The notes under the pieces were generated by a model, which searched no databases, was not told the origin of the DNA, and saw nothing but the letters and a program-made list of their open reading frames with translations. Source: Candidatus Bathyarchaeota archaeon (GTDB lineage Archaea; Thermoproteota; Bathyarchaeia; Bathyarchaeales; Bathycorpusculaceae). Taken from it: a DNA stretch of 64,000 nucleotides. This document shows positions 50,150-59,520 of this stretch, in pieces; the stretch's first letter is position 1, and the number at the start of each line of letters is the position of its first letter. Location: the NCBI GenBank assembly GCA_963811105.1, contig CAWEPZ010000011.1:480001-544000 (forward strand). The letters run 5' to 3'. Made by a program: the position numbers and the translations under genes.

Positions 50150-50281
50150 TGGCGGGCGGGGAGGGATTTGAACCCTCGACCCCCAACTTAGGAGGCTGGT
50201 GCTCTCTGCGGGGAAATATCAGAACAAAGCGGTAATCCCCTCTTTGCGAGAATTTTCCTATCCGTACTGAGCTACTCGCCC
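50150..50281 (-). tRNA. tRNA-Arg(CCT) with 54-nt non-canonical D-loop intron (50206-50259) and encoded CCA
   Basis: GGGCGAGTAGCTCAGTACGGAT^AGAGCACCAGC-CTCCTAA-GTTGGGGGTCGAGGGTTCAAATCCCTCCCCGCCCGCCA; relaxed bulge-helix-bulge at the junctions. Confidence 0.92.
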
Positions 50282-50294
50282 ACGACAAAGCTAA

Positions 50295-51190
50295 GTTTGG
50301 CTAGCTAAACAAATACCTATCGACCAACTTTTTAAAATTGAGAAGGTAGCCATTTTCTTCGAAGGAAAAGGAAAACAGCCTAGTACAATAGATTCATTCC
50401 TTAGGATTGCGGTTTTAGCTAGAAAAGCAAACTTGGACAATCCTCAAGAAGTAGAATTAGCAATCGCCAGACTAAGGAAGACTCACCTGAGTACCAAGAA
50501 ACTAGCCAACGTACCTGTTTCAAACACATACAAAGCAAAGTTGTGCTTCACATATCAACACTATACTAAATTCTATAAGATATTCTGGGAAGTGCCTCAG
50601 TATGTAGAGGAAGAGCGAAGCATCTAGCGACCGTCAGACGAAAAATGCCAGAACTAGTAGCATTTGCAAGAGGCGCCTTATCGCTGATGACTGACATTAG
50701 CGTTCGAACAGGATTAAGACCAATCGAAGTTCAAGGCTACGATGGATTAAGAGTGAAGGATATTCACTTTGACCAAAGTACAATTACAGCCTTAAGCATT
50801 AAAGGATGCAATGCCAGACGACAATGCAAATAACTGAAGAGTTAACAGCTAAACTTAGAACGTACATAACCATTCGCAATCTTCGAGAAAATGATTACCT
50901 GTTCAAAGGAGACGCTCGAAGATATGGGGAGCACTTCCGAAGAGCGAAACTAATTAGCCAAAAAACTCCAAGACCCAACGATTAAAAACATACTGCTTTA
51001 CGATTTGAGGCATCACTATATCGCACAACAATTAAGAAAAATACAAAATGTCGAATTTGTACGCCAAATAATAGGGCACAAACGTTTGGATACCGCACAA
51101 AAATAATTTCACCTTCTTGCAAATACAAACGGAGAACGGATAGTGGAAGGCACAACGGACAAAGAACGAGCAAGCACTGAACAAACGAGG
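50295..51190 (+). pseudogene. Decayed tyrosine recombinase/integrase
   Basis: RTGLRPIE, LYDLRHHY, VRQIIGHKRLDTAQK*FHL (TAA at the expected catalytic Tyr); several stops and frameshifts. Confidence 0.88.
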
Positions 51191-51397
51191 AAATGAGAGT
51201 TTTATATCAGTTTGAATAGCTCCGCTACTATATGGTAGCTTACAGCAAAACAAGTTAATAATTTTCACGAACGTTTAATAATTATAAACCTTGATACTTA
51301 AGTTGGGATTCTCACGAAAGAAGATATCAGGCTTACTAAGAAAACCTTTGAAAACAATAGTAAAGATGTTAACGATAAAGCCGAAAGATTTCCCGAC

Positions 51398-52384
51398 TTG
51401 TATGAAGATTTTGATGAAGCGTTCATTGCGACTGATTGGGATTTGACTATTATACACTGGAACAAGGCTGCCGAAAGGATTACAACCGTTAAAGCCAAAG
51501 ATGCTCTAGGAAAGAAGATTTACGATGTCCTACCTGAAATGACTACAGTTGACGTTACACCTTACTTAACTTTGCTTCAACAAAGAAAGCACGCACGTTT
51601 TATGATGAACACAATTAGCAGAGAAACTCAAAAACCATCGATATTTGAGATTTCAATGTATCCTTCTGAACAAGGAATCATAGTAGTCGTTGAAGACAAG
51701 ACTGAGGAAGAAAAAACAAAGAGGCTATCCGCTATTGGTGCAACTGCTGGCATGGTTGGTCATGACATCCGCAATCCACTACAAGCAATTATTGGAGATA
51801 TTTTCTTGCTTAAGCAAAATCTCTTATCAATTCCAGAATCAGAAACAAGAAAAGAAGTTGCTGAGAGTTTAGACAACATAGAGACAAATGTTAATTATAT
51901 TAACAAGATTGTGGCTGACTTGCAAGACTATTCTCGTTCAATAAATCCAGAGTATTCAGAATTTAACTTAAAGGATCCGATTAATAGCATTTTACAATCG
52001 GTTAATCGCCAAAATAATCTAGATATTTCATTGAATATCGAGCCCTCGTTTAATATCACTTCAGACCGCTCAATAATTAGGCGCATCTTGACCAATCTAA
52101 TTGTTAATGCGATTCAAGCCATGCCAAATGGAGGCAAACTGATACTAAACAGCAACAGAAAGGACAATAATATACTGATTACGGTAGAAGATACTGGCAT
52201 TGGGATTCCTGAGGATATTAAGCCTAAGCTGTTCTCACCTATGGTAACAACCAAGGCGAAAGGTCAAGGACTAGGTTTAGCGGTTGTTAAGCGCCTTGTT
52301 GAAGCATTGAATGGAACTATTACTTTTGAAAGCCAAGAAGGAAAGGGAACAAAATTCATTATTGCGTTGCCGACTAGTAATTAA
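51398..52384 (+). CDS. PAS-domain sensor histidine kinase
   Basis: WNKAAE (PAS), VGHDIRNPL (H-box), NLIVNAIQAM, DTGIGI, GQGLGL. Confidence 0.93.
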   Translation: MYEDFDEAFIATDWDLTIIHWNKAAERITTVKAKDALGKKIYDVLPEMTTVDVTPYLTLLQQRKHARFMMNTISRETQKPSIFEISMYPSEQGIIVVVEDKTEEEKTKRLSAIGATAGMVGHDIRNPLQAIIGDIFLLKQNLLSIPESETRKEVAESLDNIETNVNYINKIVADLQDYSRSINPEYSEFNLKDPINSILQSVNRQNNLDISLNIEPSFNITSDRSIIRRILTNLIVNAIQAMPNGGKLILNSNRKDNNILITVEDTGIGIPEDIKPKLFSPMVTTKAKGQGLGLAVVKRLVEALNGTITFESQEGKGTKFIIALPTSN

Positions 52385-52495
52385 CCGCTTTCTCAAGAAA
52401 TAAAAGACCTAAAATATCATAACTAGACAGCGACAATAGAAATATAGTGATTAAGAATGCGTGGAACACACAAGAGTAAAAAATTACAAAGCCTA

Positions 52496-52527
52496 AGGCT
52501 GGGCTCTATCCTATTGAGCTACTCGCC
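52496..52527 (-). repeat. Intron-less copy of the tRNA-Arg 5' half (att-like)
   Basis: GGCGAGTAGCTCAATA-GGATAGAGC-CCAGCCT versus spliced tRNA GGCGAGTAGCTCAGTACGGATAGAGCACCAGCCT. Confidence 0.8.
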
Positions 52528-52967
52528 TAATCCTTTTTTTAAAATTGTGCTTGGATTTGTCTCTCCTTTGTCAACATTAACTTTTTGACCAATGTGACCC
52601 ACTCTTATCTGAATTGATGGGATGCTCTTCCTTGGGCATTTAATCAAGTTTTTTCTGAATATGACAGAAGGACTGCTGATGATTCTCAAACCCTGACTCA
52701 CCATTCAACCTGCCTTAGTATTGTCTAGCTCTATCATAATTTATTGTTCCACTCTTATTATAGAAAAACTAGATAGAAGATAACTTCATATTTCACATTC
52801 AAACCTTACAAATGTAATCTTCATATTTGCTCCCAAGTTCGAGCTGAGTGGTAGATGAGCTATTTAATGACCATTAAAACAAATCTTGGGAGAGCTGAAG
52901 GAAAGAAAGAATTTTGATTTTTAACCAAGAATAAGAATGATGCGTTAAGAGACAGCTATAATGCTAC

Positions 52968-53221
52968 TATAGCAGTAGGTTGTATATTTTTACTTGCGCC
53001 CTATCATTTTTAATTAGAATATATGGTTCGTTTAACTTTATTTTGAATTCACCCTTATTTTTAGTTACCTTGGTGTAGTTTATGCCGCTTTTGATGTAAA
53101 GAGATTGATAGTTAATAATCAAAAGAGAGAAGCTGGTGTTTTGGTTGTTATTTTGATAATAGTGGTAATGGTTGCGTTACTGTTTACAATGCTAAGCCCG
53201 CTCTTCTGGGTTATTGAATAA
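52968..53221 (+). pseudogene. Probable decayed small membrane-protein gene
   Basis: Hydrophobic frame ...FTLIFSYLGVVYAAF...GVLVVILIIVVMVALLFTMLSPLFWVIE*, interrupted upstream. Confidence 0.35.
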
Positions 53222-53383
53222 GTTTGGTGTTTATAGCTAAAACTCTATACAATACAGCAATAAAACACAAACCTTTTGAAATATGTTCTAAATATGCAAA
53301 TCAGCTTAGATACATCATTTAGAATAGGCCGCTAATAACTAGTTTTGAGTACAAAAAGAAAACAAAAATTTTAAAGCATACTT

Positions 53384-53761
53384 ATGAGGAAATTGGCATT
53401 GATGACAATATTAGATAGCTTATTACAAATTGTCGTGGGATTGCTAGTTTTTATTCTTCCATATCCCATTTTCATAATGGGAATAGCGGTCTTTTTTTTG
53501 CAATCAATTCATAGATTAACCATAGGAATTTTATTAGTTGTCTTTGGAATCATGGGAGTTTGCTTTTGGACATCTCTTCTGGATTCTTATTCCAAAACAT
53601 TTGGCGCATATTCTTCTATTATATTGAGTGATATGAGTTCTTCCAAGTTACCCCTCACAATAGGAGTATTAAGCATAGTTTTAGGGGCCTTTTCCATAAT
53701 TCGTAGAAAGCATTACAGTGGATATTCTATCCCTAAAGCTAAAGATGAGCAATCAAATTGA
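53384..53761 (+). CDS. Small membrane protein
   Basis: 125-aa hydrophobic ORF with ATG. Confidence 0.65.
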   Translation: MRKLALMTILDSLLQIVVGLLVFILPYPIFIMGIAVFFLQSIHRLTIGILLVVFGIMGVCFWTSLLDSYSKTFGAYSSIILSDMSSSKLPLTIGVLSIVLGAFSIIRRKHYSGYSIPKAKDEQSN

Positions 53762-54202
53762 GTCAATATTCAAACTCTTGGCGCTGATATACAGATAAAT
53801 ACAACCGGTCTTATTGCCTATTTTAGAGAAGTATTTTCCGGTAGTTTCATCTTAAGTATGTAATCGTCATGTAAAAAGAAACAAAAATCAAAAGCTGTTT
53901 TATGGCTTAAATTTCTTGTAAATTACATATACAATGATTGATTTATAGTAACTTTGAAGTTATGGTGACATTTTTTACAATTGTAATCTTCAATGATAAA
54001 ACAATGATTTTTCAGAACCCTTGAAGGTCGATCAACTTCTTTGCCACAACTAGGACAATGAGCCATACGCATCAATCGTTTTCTTAGATAAATATGAATA
54101 TGAACATTATGAACCTAGAATAAGTAAAAAAATGATCATAACCGCAAACAACCTTAGATTGATATTTTAAGCCCTTCAACAATAAATTAGAAGCGAACAA
54201 AT

Positions 54203-54403
54203 ATGGCCAAAAAAACTAATTTGGCGCCTGAATTACGTCGTCGAAAACGAACAATCGGCATAATTGCAGTAGTTCTACTGTTGATTTTCACCATTTTGGC
54301 ACTCTTACAATACATTTCGCTTATACAGTGGCTTATAGCCGATTTGGTTGTTGGTTTGGTAGCCAACTTATTGTTAAAAAGAATTGGAAGGGTAATCCTC
54401 TAA
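54203..54403 (+). CDS. Small 2-TM membrane protein
   Basis: Basic N-terminus and two TM; TTTTAAG box upstream. Confidence 0.7.
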   Translation: MAKKTNLAPELRRRKRTIGIIAVVLLLIFTILALLQYISLIQWLIADLVVGLVANLLLKRIGRVIL

Positions 54404-54578
54404 AACATTATGTCAACGTGAGTGCAAAGCTAGAAAATTAGAAAAGAATTGTTGAAATTTATGAAAACATAATGCAGTGAAATATTTATGTGATACTGCT
54501 AAAGAGCATCAGTGAAAGTTAAATATCGCTTTTCACGTCAATCTCTTAAAACATTCGACAAAAAAACTGGAAGATTTC

Positions 54579-55058
54579 TTGATGAAAATGCCTAAAGATC
54601 CTAGCAAATTCAGTTTTGGAGCGACATCATCAACCGTCACAAGCTTAGGAATAATCTTTGGATTATTGACATCAGGCAACCCTAAAGCAAGTGTAATTGG
54701 GTCTTTGCTTGTAATAGCAGTAGCAGACAACATTGCAGATTCACTTGGCATACACATTTACAGAGAGTCAACCCCTACAAGGCAGGAAAACACTCGAATG
54801 TTCACTATTAGTAACTTCATCACCAGGTTCGGCATTACATTCACTTTTGTCGCGTTATTTGCATTTTTGCCATTAGATTACGCTGCAGTATTTTGTACAG
54901 CAATAGGGCTTGGAATACTGGTTTTTTTAAGCTACCTCATTGGGGTTCAACGAAATACCAGCATCTTGAAAGAAGTCGTTATTCATCTTGGAATTGCGAT
55001 TCCTGTAATAGTTATCAGCCATTTTCTGGGTCAACTGATCTTCAGCATTTTTGGATAG
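54579..55058 (+). CDS. VIT1/CCC1-like membrane protein
   Basis: FSFGATS..VTSLG, AVADNIADSLGIHIYRES. Confidence 0.75.
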   Translation: MMKMPKDPSKFSFGATSSTVTSLGIIFGLLTSGNPKASVIGSLLVIAVADNIADSLGIHIYRESTPTRQENTRMFTISNFITRFGITFTFVALFAFLPLDYAAVFCTAIGLGILVFLSYLIGVQRNTSILKEVVIHLGIAIPVIVISHFLGQLIFSIFG

Positions 55059-55310
55059 CTCCGCCTCCCTGTTTCTTTTTATTAATGATTTTGAGGCAGA
55101 AAAGCAAACCGCCTCGCTCATTAGCTGGTAAAATCTTATAACTAATTATTATCTTAGAACTCTCTAAGATCCCACTTTCAGCACGTCGAAAAACACTGCT
55201 TTCATCCCCAGCTCAGCCTGCAAGCGTAACCTATGGGAGTTACTAAGAATTATAGCAGAAAATTAATATCTGACGGCTGTGCACACTTAAGGAAATGTTG
55301 GTAAAGTAAA

Positions 55311-55523
55311 ATGAGTTTTGGACCGAAAGTCTTTAGTGGCATTCAAGAAGTGTTGGTTTTGGCGTTGATGCTTGTGTCTGTTTTTGCACTCTTCTATGTT
55401 AACATAGACATAACCTACAAAGTTGGCATTGCAGTAATGGCCTTCGCAGTCATCTTCCTAAGCACGTTAGCAACTCAAATTCTAAGGCAACAAAAAGAAA
55501 CAAAAAAAGTCACAGCAGCTTAA
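55311..55523 (+). CDS. Small 2-TM membrane protein
   Basis: 70-aa hydrophobic ORF followed by a T-rich terminator-like tract. Confidence 0.65.
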   Translation: MSFGPKVFSGIQEVLVLALMLVSVFALFYVNIDITYKVGIAVMAFAVIFLSTLATQILRQQKETKKVTAA

Positions 55524-55606
55524 AATTACCTTTTTCACTTTCAGCGTACCCTCCCCTGTTCCACAATGTCGTTTCGACAATGCCTTAAAAAGGCATTACG
55601 ACGTAG

Positions 55607-56359
55607 TTGCCAACGTTCATGAACAGGAGAGAAAATAGAATGACCCAAAACTTAATCGCCAAACCTACAATGGCTCAACCACTACTTTCTTTAAACATGC
55701 TAGGCGTAGACGAGCTTTTTCCAGGATTTGCACCAGGCGACTTCGCCGTGCTTTATGGATCACCGTCAGTTAACTCGTTAACTTCATTACTCTGTATCCG
55801 AGCACAGTTGCCAGCGCAGCTTGGCGGCTTACGAAGCAACGTTGTCTTTATTGATGGCGGAAACACGTTTAGACTCTACAAAATAGCCCGTTTAGCCCAA
55901 CTTCATCAGCTTAATCCAAAAGAAGTGCTTGAACGCATCTTTATTTCAAGAGCATTTACCGCTTACCAGTTAACTTCACTCATTCTAGATAAGCTGGAAG
56001 AAACCATAAAGAACTACAATGCCAAACTCGTAGTGATTTCAGACATAACAGGATTCTTTTTAGATAAAGACATTCCCAACGAAGAAGCCCAACGAGTATA
56101 CAGCCAAATAATCAGTTACCTCTCCAGCTTTGCTAAAAAACACCAGATAATTCTAATTACAACGTATCTTCCCTACTCTGATAGCCGAAGAAACAGTTTA
56201 CTTCAAGAAATCACCTGCGCCAGAGCAAACATCGTGTTGTCCTTCAGCAAAACCACATACACACGAGAAGTAACCCTAGAAAAGCATCCACATTTCGTTT
56301 TAGGCACAGCTGAACTTCCATCTGAAAACTTAACTTTAACTGATTTTATGGGCGCTTAA
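55607..56359 (+). CDS. Inactive RadA/Rad51-like protein with degenerate Walker A (likely start ATG about 55640)
   Basis: GVDELFPG, LYGSPSVNSL (no GKT), QLGGL...VFIDGGNTF, LERIFISRAFTAYQL. Confidence 0.85.
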   Translation: MPTFMNRRENRMTQNLIAKPTMAQPLLSLNMLGVDELFPGFAPGDFAVLYGSPSVNSLTSLLCIRAQLPAQLGGLRSNVVFIDGGNTFRLYKIARLAQLHQLNPKEVLERIFISRAFTAYQLTSLILDKLEETIKNYNAKLVVISDITGFFLDKDIPNEEAQRVYSQIISYLSSFAKKHQIILITTYLPYSDSRRNSLLQEITCARANIVLSFSKTTYTREVTLEKHPHFVLGTAELPSENLTLTDFMGA

Positions 56360-56360
56360 C

Positions 56361-56635
56361 GTTGGTAAAACAGTTGAATCATACCACATGTCAATTGTAG
56401 ATGAAATACGCTGTTGGAGTGGTTTCGTAAAAGTCCTGCGTAAAGAAGACAGGGGAAGCCTTTGACATACTCATCGATGCATGCAGAAGCTAAACGTCAG
56501 CTGGAAGTAACACCACTCAGCCGCTACCTTTTTGAACCGATGATAATGTCAATTCTTGTCTCTCAGCAAATCCACTCGCAAAGGCTACAAAAGGAAATGG
56601 ATGACCTCAAACAAAAACAGCGCAGTGACCTCTAA
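56361..56635 (+). pseudogene. Frameshifted small helical protein of the type found with RadA-like/PolB2 cassettes
   Basis: VGKTVESY...EIRCWSGFVKVLRKEDR/EAFDILIDACRS*TSAGSNTTQP/FEPMIMSILVSQ; two frameshifts and one stop. Confidence 0.65.
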
Positions 56636-56891
56636 CTTTTCATGCAATGAGTTTGAGCTTAGAAAAAGAGATCTTAGCCCCAATTTGCTATGAAAATCGT
56701 TGGAATTCCAAAGGGATTTTCATGTCGCTTCTATCGACGTTTACGTCATAAGTTTTATCAGTAAAAATGCATTACGGTGCAACATTAGATACTCCCTTAA
56801 ATAGCAATGATTGAATTCTGGAGTTGATTGGTAACCCTACACCATTTCACTAGGAAAAGCGCGCGAAGACCCTAATTTATAAAGATGCAGC

Positions 56892-57287
56892 TTAGGAGCC
56901 TGATTTTGGCGGCATCATGCCGGCTAACAATTCGGTCAGAGGCGGTGTACTTATCGGTTCATCTTCCACGATCTTCCCGTCAACGAGACGGTAATAGGTG
57001 ATAACTCGGGCAGAGACCTTTTTCCCGCCGGAGAGGGTGAAGTTCATGTTGCCCCGAAAAACGACCGAATCGCCCTCAGCTACTAGATCAGCGATTTCAA
57101 AATCACGTGCCGGCGCAGAGGCCTTCAGACTGGAAATCACAGCCTTAAAACCTTCGCGATTGGTGACGCCCATACTCGGATTCATATAGTCAGGCGCAAG
57201 CAATACGTCGATAATGTCAATATTGCCGCCGCCCAACACCTCTTTGATGAATCTGAGGACGATGGCTTTGTTCTCATCGGTGGTCAT
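56892..57287 (-). CDS. SnoaL-like/NTF2 (ester cyclase) protein
   Basis: ENKAIVLRF, LLAPDY, DLVAEGDSVV, YRLVDGKIVE. Confidence 0.88.
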   Translation of the reverse strand: MTTDENKAIVLRFIKEVLGGGNIDIIDVLLAPDYMNPSMGVTNREGFKAVISSLKASAPARDFEIADLVAEGDSVVFRGNMNFTLSGGKKVSARVITYYRLVDGKIVEDEPISTPPLTELLAGMMPPKSGS

Positions 57288-57535
57288 TTCAAAAATTCTC
57301 CTATACTGTGAGATGGTAGCGCAGCCAATATAACTTTATTGGCCCACATTTCGTTACGAAACAGTGACCCTTACCAGTAAAAAGATGCTAAATGTGAGCC
57401 CGGAGCGGATTTACCCCCAAAAGGTCTAAGTCCCCTTCCTAAAATTCTAATATTTTACTCTCTTATCTAAACACGTTGTAGAAAAGACACCAAAGAGTCA
57501 ACTAAGCGCTTTGCTAAAGTTTTCGTCGTCTGATC

Positions 57536-59080
57536 CTATTGCTTTTTTTCTTCAAGGGCTTTTTGGTCGAGATAGTATTTTCCGTTGATTTCCACGAAGA
57601 TTTTTGTTTGTTCTTTTCGTCTTTCCATGATTCTTACAAATATTCGTGACAAACCCAGTTCTTTAGCTGTCATTGCAGTTTGGGGGCTAATGGCTCCTTT
57701 CTCTTGAAATTTTTGGATGATTTCCTGGATTTTCTCATCTCTCCAACCTTGTGGCTCTGCTGGTTCTTGTGGGTTGGGTGGAGGAGGAGGGGTTGGAGCA
57801 AGGATTGGCGCAGATTGTATTGGAATTTGGGGATGTTGTTGTTGGGCTACTAGGCCGTTTGTTTTACCTTCATTGTCAGGGGCATTTCCACTGTTGGTTA
57901 TTTTTGGTGCTTCAGAGGGTGATGCAGCAGCCTTATGTTGACGTTTGCGCAAAAAGAGAATTACGAGGATCAGTACTAGAACAACAACTATTATCACTAT
58001 TAGCCAGTCAATCATACTAAAACTGGGTGAGCCTGAGCTTGGGGTAGGCGAAGCAGAGGTAGTTGTGCTTGTTGAAGAAGATGTAGTTGGATTAACGGAA
58101 GGGGAGGTTTCTGAGCTACCTGATATTACTTTTACCGTATTGCCGGCGTTGATGAGGGCAAAAATTTCGCCTCTGCCAAGGTCGTAAACTAAATTATTAA
58201 CATTTATGGAGGCTTCATCAACTATGGCATTGTTGCTCTCAGAAATAATGATAAGATGCTGGACTGGCACGATTATTTCGCCTCTAGGAGGATTATAAGC
58301 TAGGCTTTGGGGATCCCCTCCGTAGACGCCCAGTGAAATTTCTTTTACCACCGAGTTAGTTTGGTCTGATATTACGGAAACCGCTGCGGCATTATAATCA
58401 GCTACGAAAATCTCGCCCTTACCGGAAGCATAAGCTAAACCTTCAACGGCGTTTCCTCCCATATCAATGGTTGCAACCACTGTATTGTCGCTGTCTCTTA
58501 TCACCGAGATACTTGGGGAGCCCGAATTGGATACGAATATTTCGTTTTTGCCAGAATCATATGCTATGCCAGTAGGTGAGTCTCCTACAGTTATTGTTGC
58601 AACCACGGTGTTAGTGCTGTCTGATATTACAGATACAGAGTGGGAATCGGCATTGCACACAAACACTTCACCTTTAGAAGAATCATAAGCTACTCCACGG
58701 GGGTTACTTCCCACAGTCACGGTTGCGACAACACTGTTAGTGCTGTCTGAAATTATTGAAACTGTGTTGTCACCAGAATTAGCGACGAAAATCTCACCCT
58801 TCCCTGAATCATAATCTATTTCTCGAGGATATCGCCCGACGGGTATAGTTGCAACAACAGCATTGGTGATATCCGAAATAACAGAAACATTGCCGTCACC
58901 AAGATTGCATACAAAAATCTCGCCCTTGCCCGAATCATAAGCTACACCGTTAGGAAATTGTCCCACGGTTATCGTGGCAGATACCGCAAGTGTTGATCTA
59001 GCGTTAACCAGATTGACCGCTGACAAAGCAAAAATCATAATGAATAATAAGACTAAACGTTTCGAAACTTTAACTTTCAT
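57536..59080 (-). CDS. YVTN/YncE beta-propeller membrane protein with Pro-rich linker and cytoplasmic C-terminal domain
   Basis: Signal peptide from MKVKV, repeated VAYDSGKGEIFV..N...VSVISD, S/T stalk, TM, PPPPP, 65-aa C-terminal domain. Confidence 0.88.
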   Translation of the reverse strand: MKVKVSKRLVLLFIMIFALSAVNLVNARSTLAVSATITVGQFPNGVAYDSGKGEIFVCNLGDGNVSVISDITNAVVATIPVGRYPREIDYDSGKGEIFVANSGDNTVSIISDSTNSVVATVTVGSNPRGVAYDSSKGEVFVCNADSHSVSVISDSTNTVVATITVGDSPTGIAYDSGKNEIFVSNSGSPSISVIRDSDNTVVATIDMGGNAVEGLAYASGKGEIFVADYNAAAVSVISDQTNSVVKEISLGVYGGDPQSLAYNPPRGEIIVPVQHLIIISESNNAIVDEASINVNNLVYDLGRGEIFALINAGNTVKVISGSSETSPSVNPTTSSSTSTTTSASPTPSSGSPSFSMIDWLIVIIVVVLVLILVILFLRKRQHKAAASPSEAPKITNSGNAPDNEGKTNGLVAQQQHPQIPIQSAPILAPTPPPPPNPQEPAEPQGWRDEKIQEIIQKFQEKGAISPQTAMTAKELGLSRIFVRIMERRKEQTKIFVEINGKYYLDQKALEEKKQ

Positions 59081-59520
59081 AGACAGCTCCCTTCCCCTTC
59101 GTTCTGAATCGGGAAGTTTCAAAATAGATTTAAAGCTTTCGTTTGCCCGCTTGGGGTACCCGTCAACGAGTTGATTCTGTATGACCATATCTACAAATTG
59201 ACATTTGCCTGCAAACAGAATGTCCATACCCCGATTAGCTCTTTAGTTTGGAAATATCTTCTGAAACATCGTCCTTAATTTTGTATGAATTGTTCCATTT
59301 GGTTTTTCCAGTGCTGTTGAGATTATGCATTTGGAGATGCTATTCATTTTGTCGGCGAATTCGCCAGTGGGATGGAAGAATGCCGAACCGGTTTAGGGTT
59401 CAAAGAAGTGTTGCATATGATTGTCTTGATCCTGTAGTAGTTAAACTGGCATATAAAAATGGGCTTGTGGAGCATTATTCTGGCAAAGTGTTAAGTACGT
59501 TCTCTACAAAATAAGTTGCT

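Larger units (their letters stand above)
50268..52527. mobile_element. Remnant integrated element at the 5' end of tRNA-Arg
   Basis: Direct repeat core TGAGCTACTCGCC at 50268-50280 and 52515-52527; integrase remnant inside. Confidence 0.65.

Noticed and set aside
50061-50288. 75-aa ORF in the track
   Set aside because: It is a translation of the tRNA-Arg gene and its intron
50433-50833. Two small ORFs treated as independent genes
   Set aside because: Both are fragments of the integrase pseudogene
58130-58980. About 126-bp periodic nucleotide repeats
   Set aside because: Explained by the 42-aa YVTN blade repeats of the encoded protein
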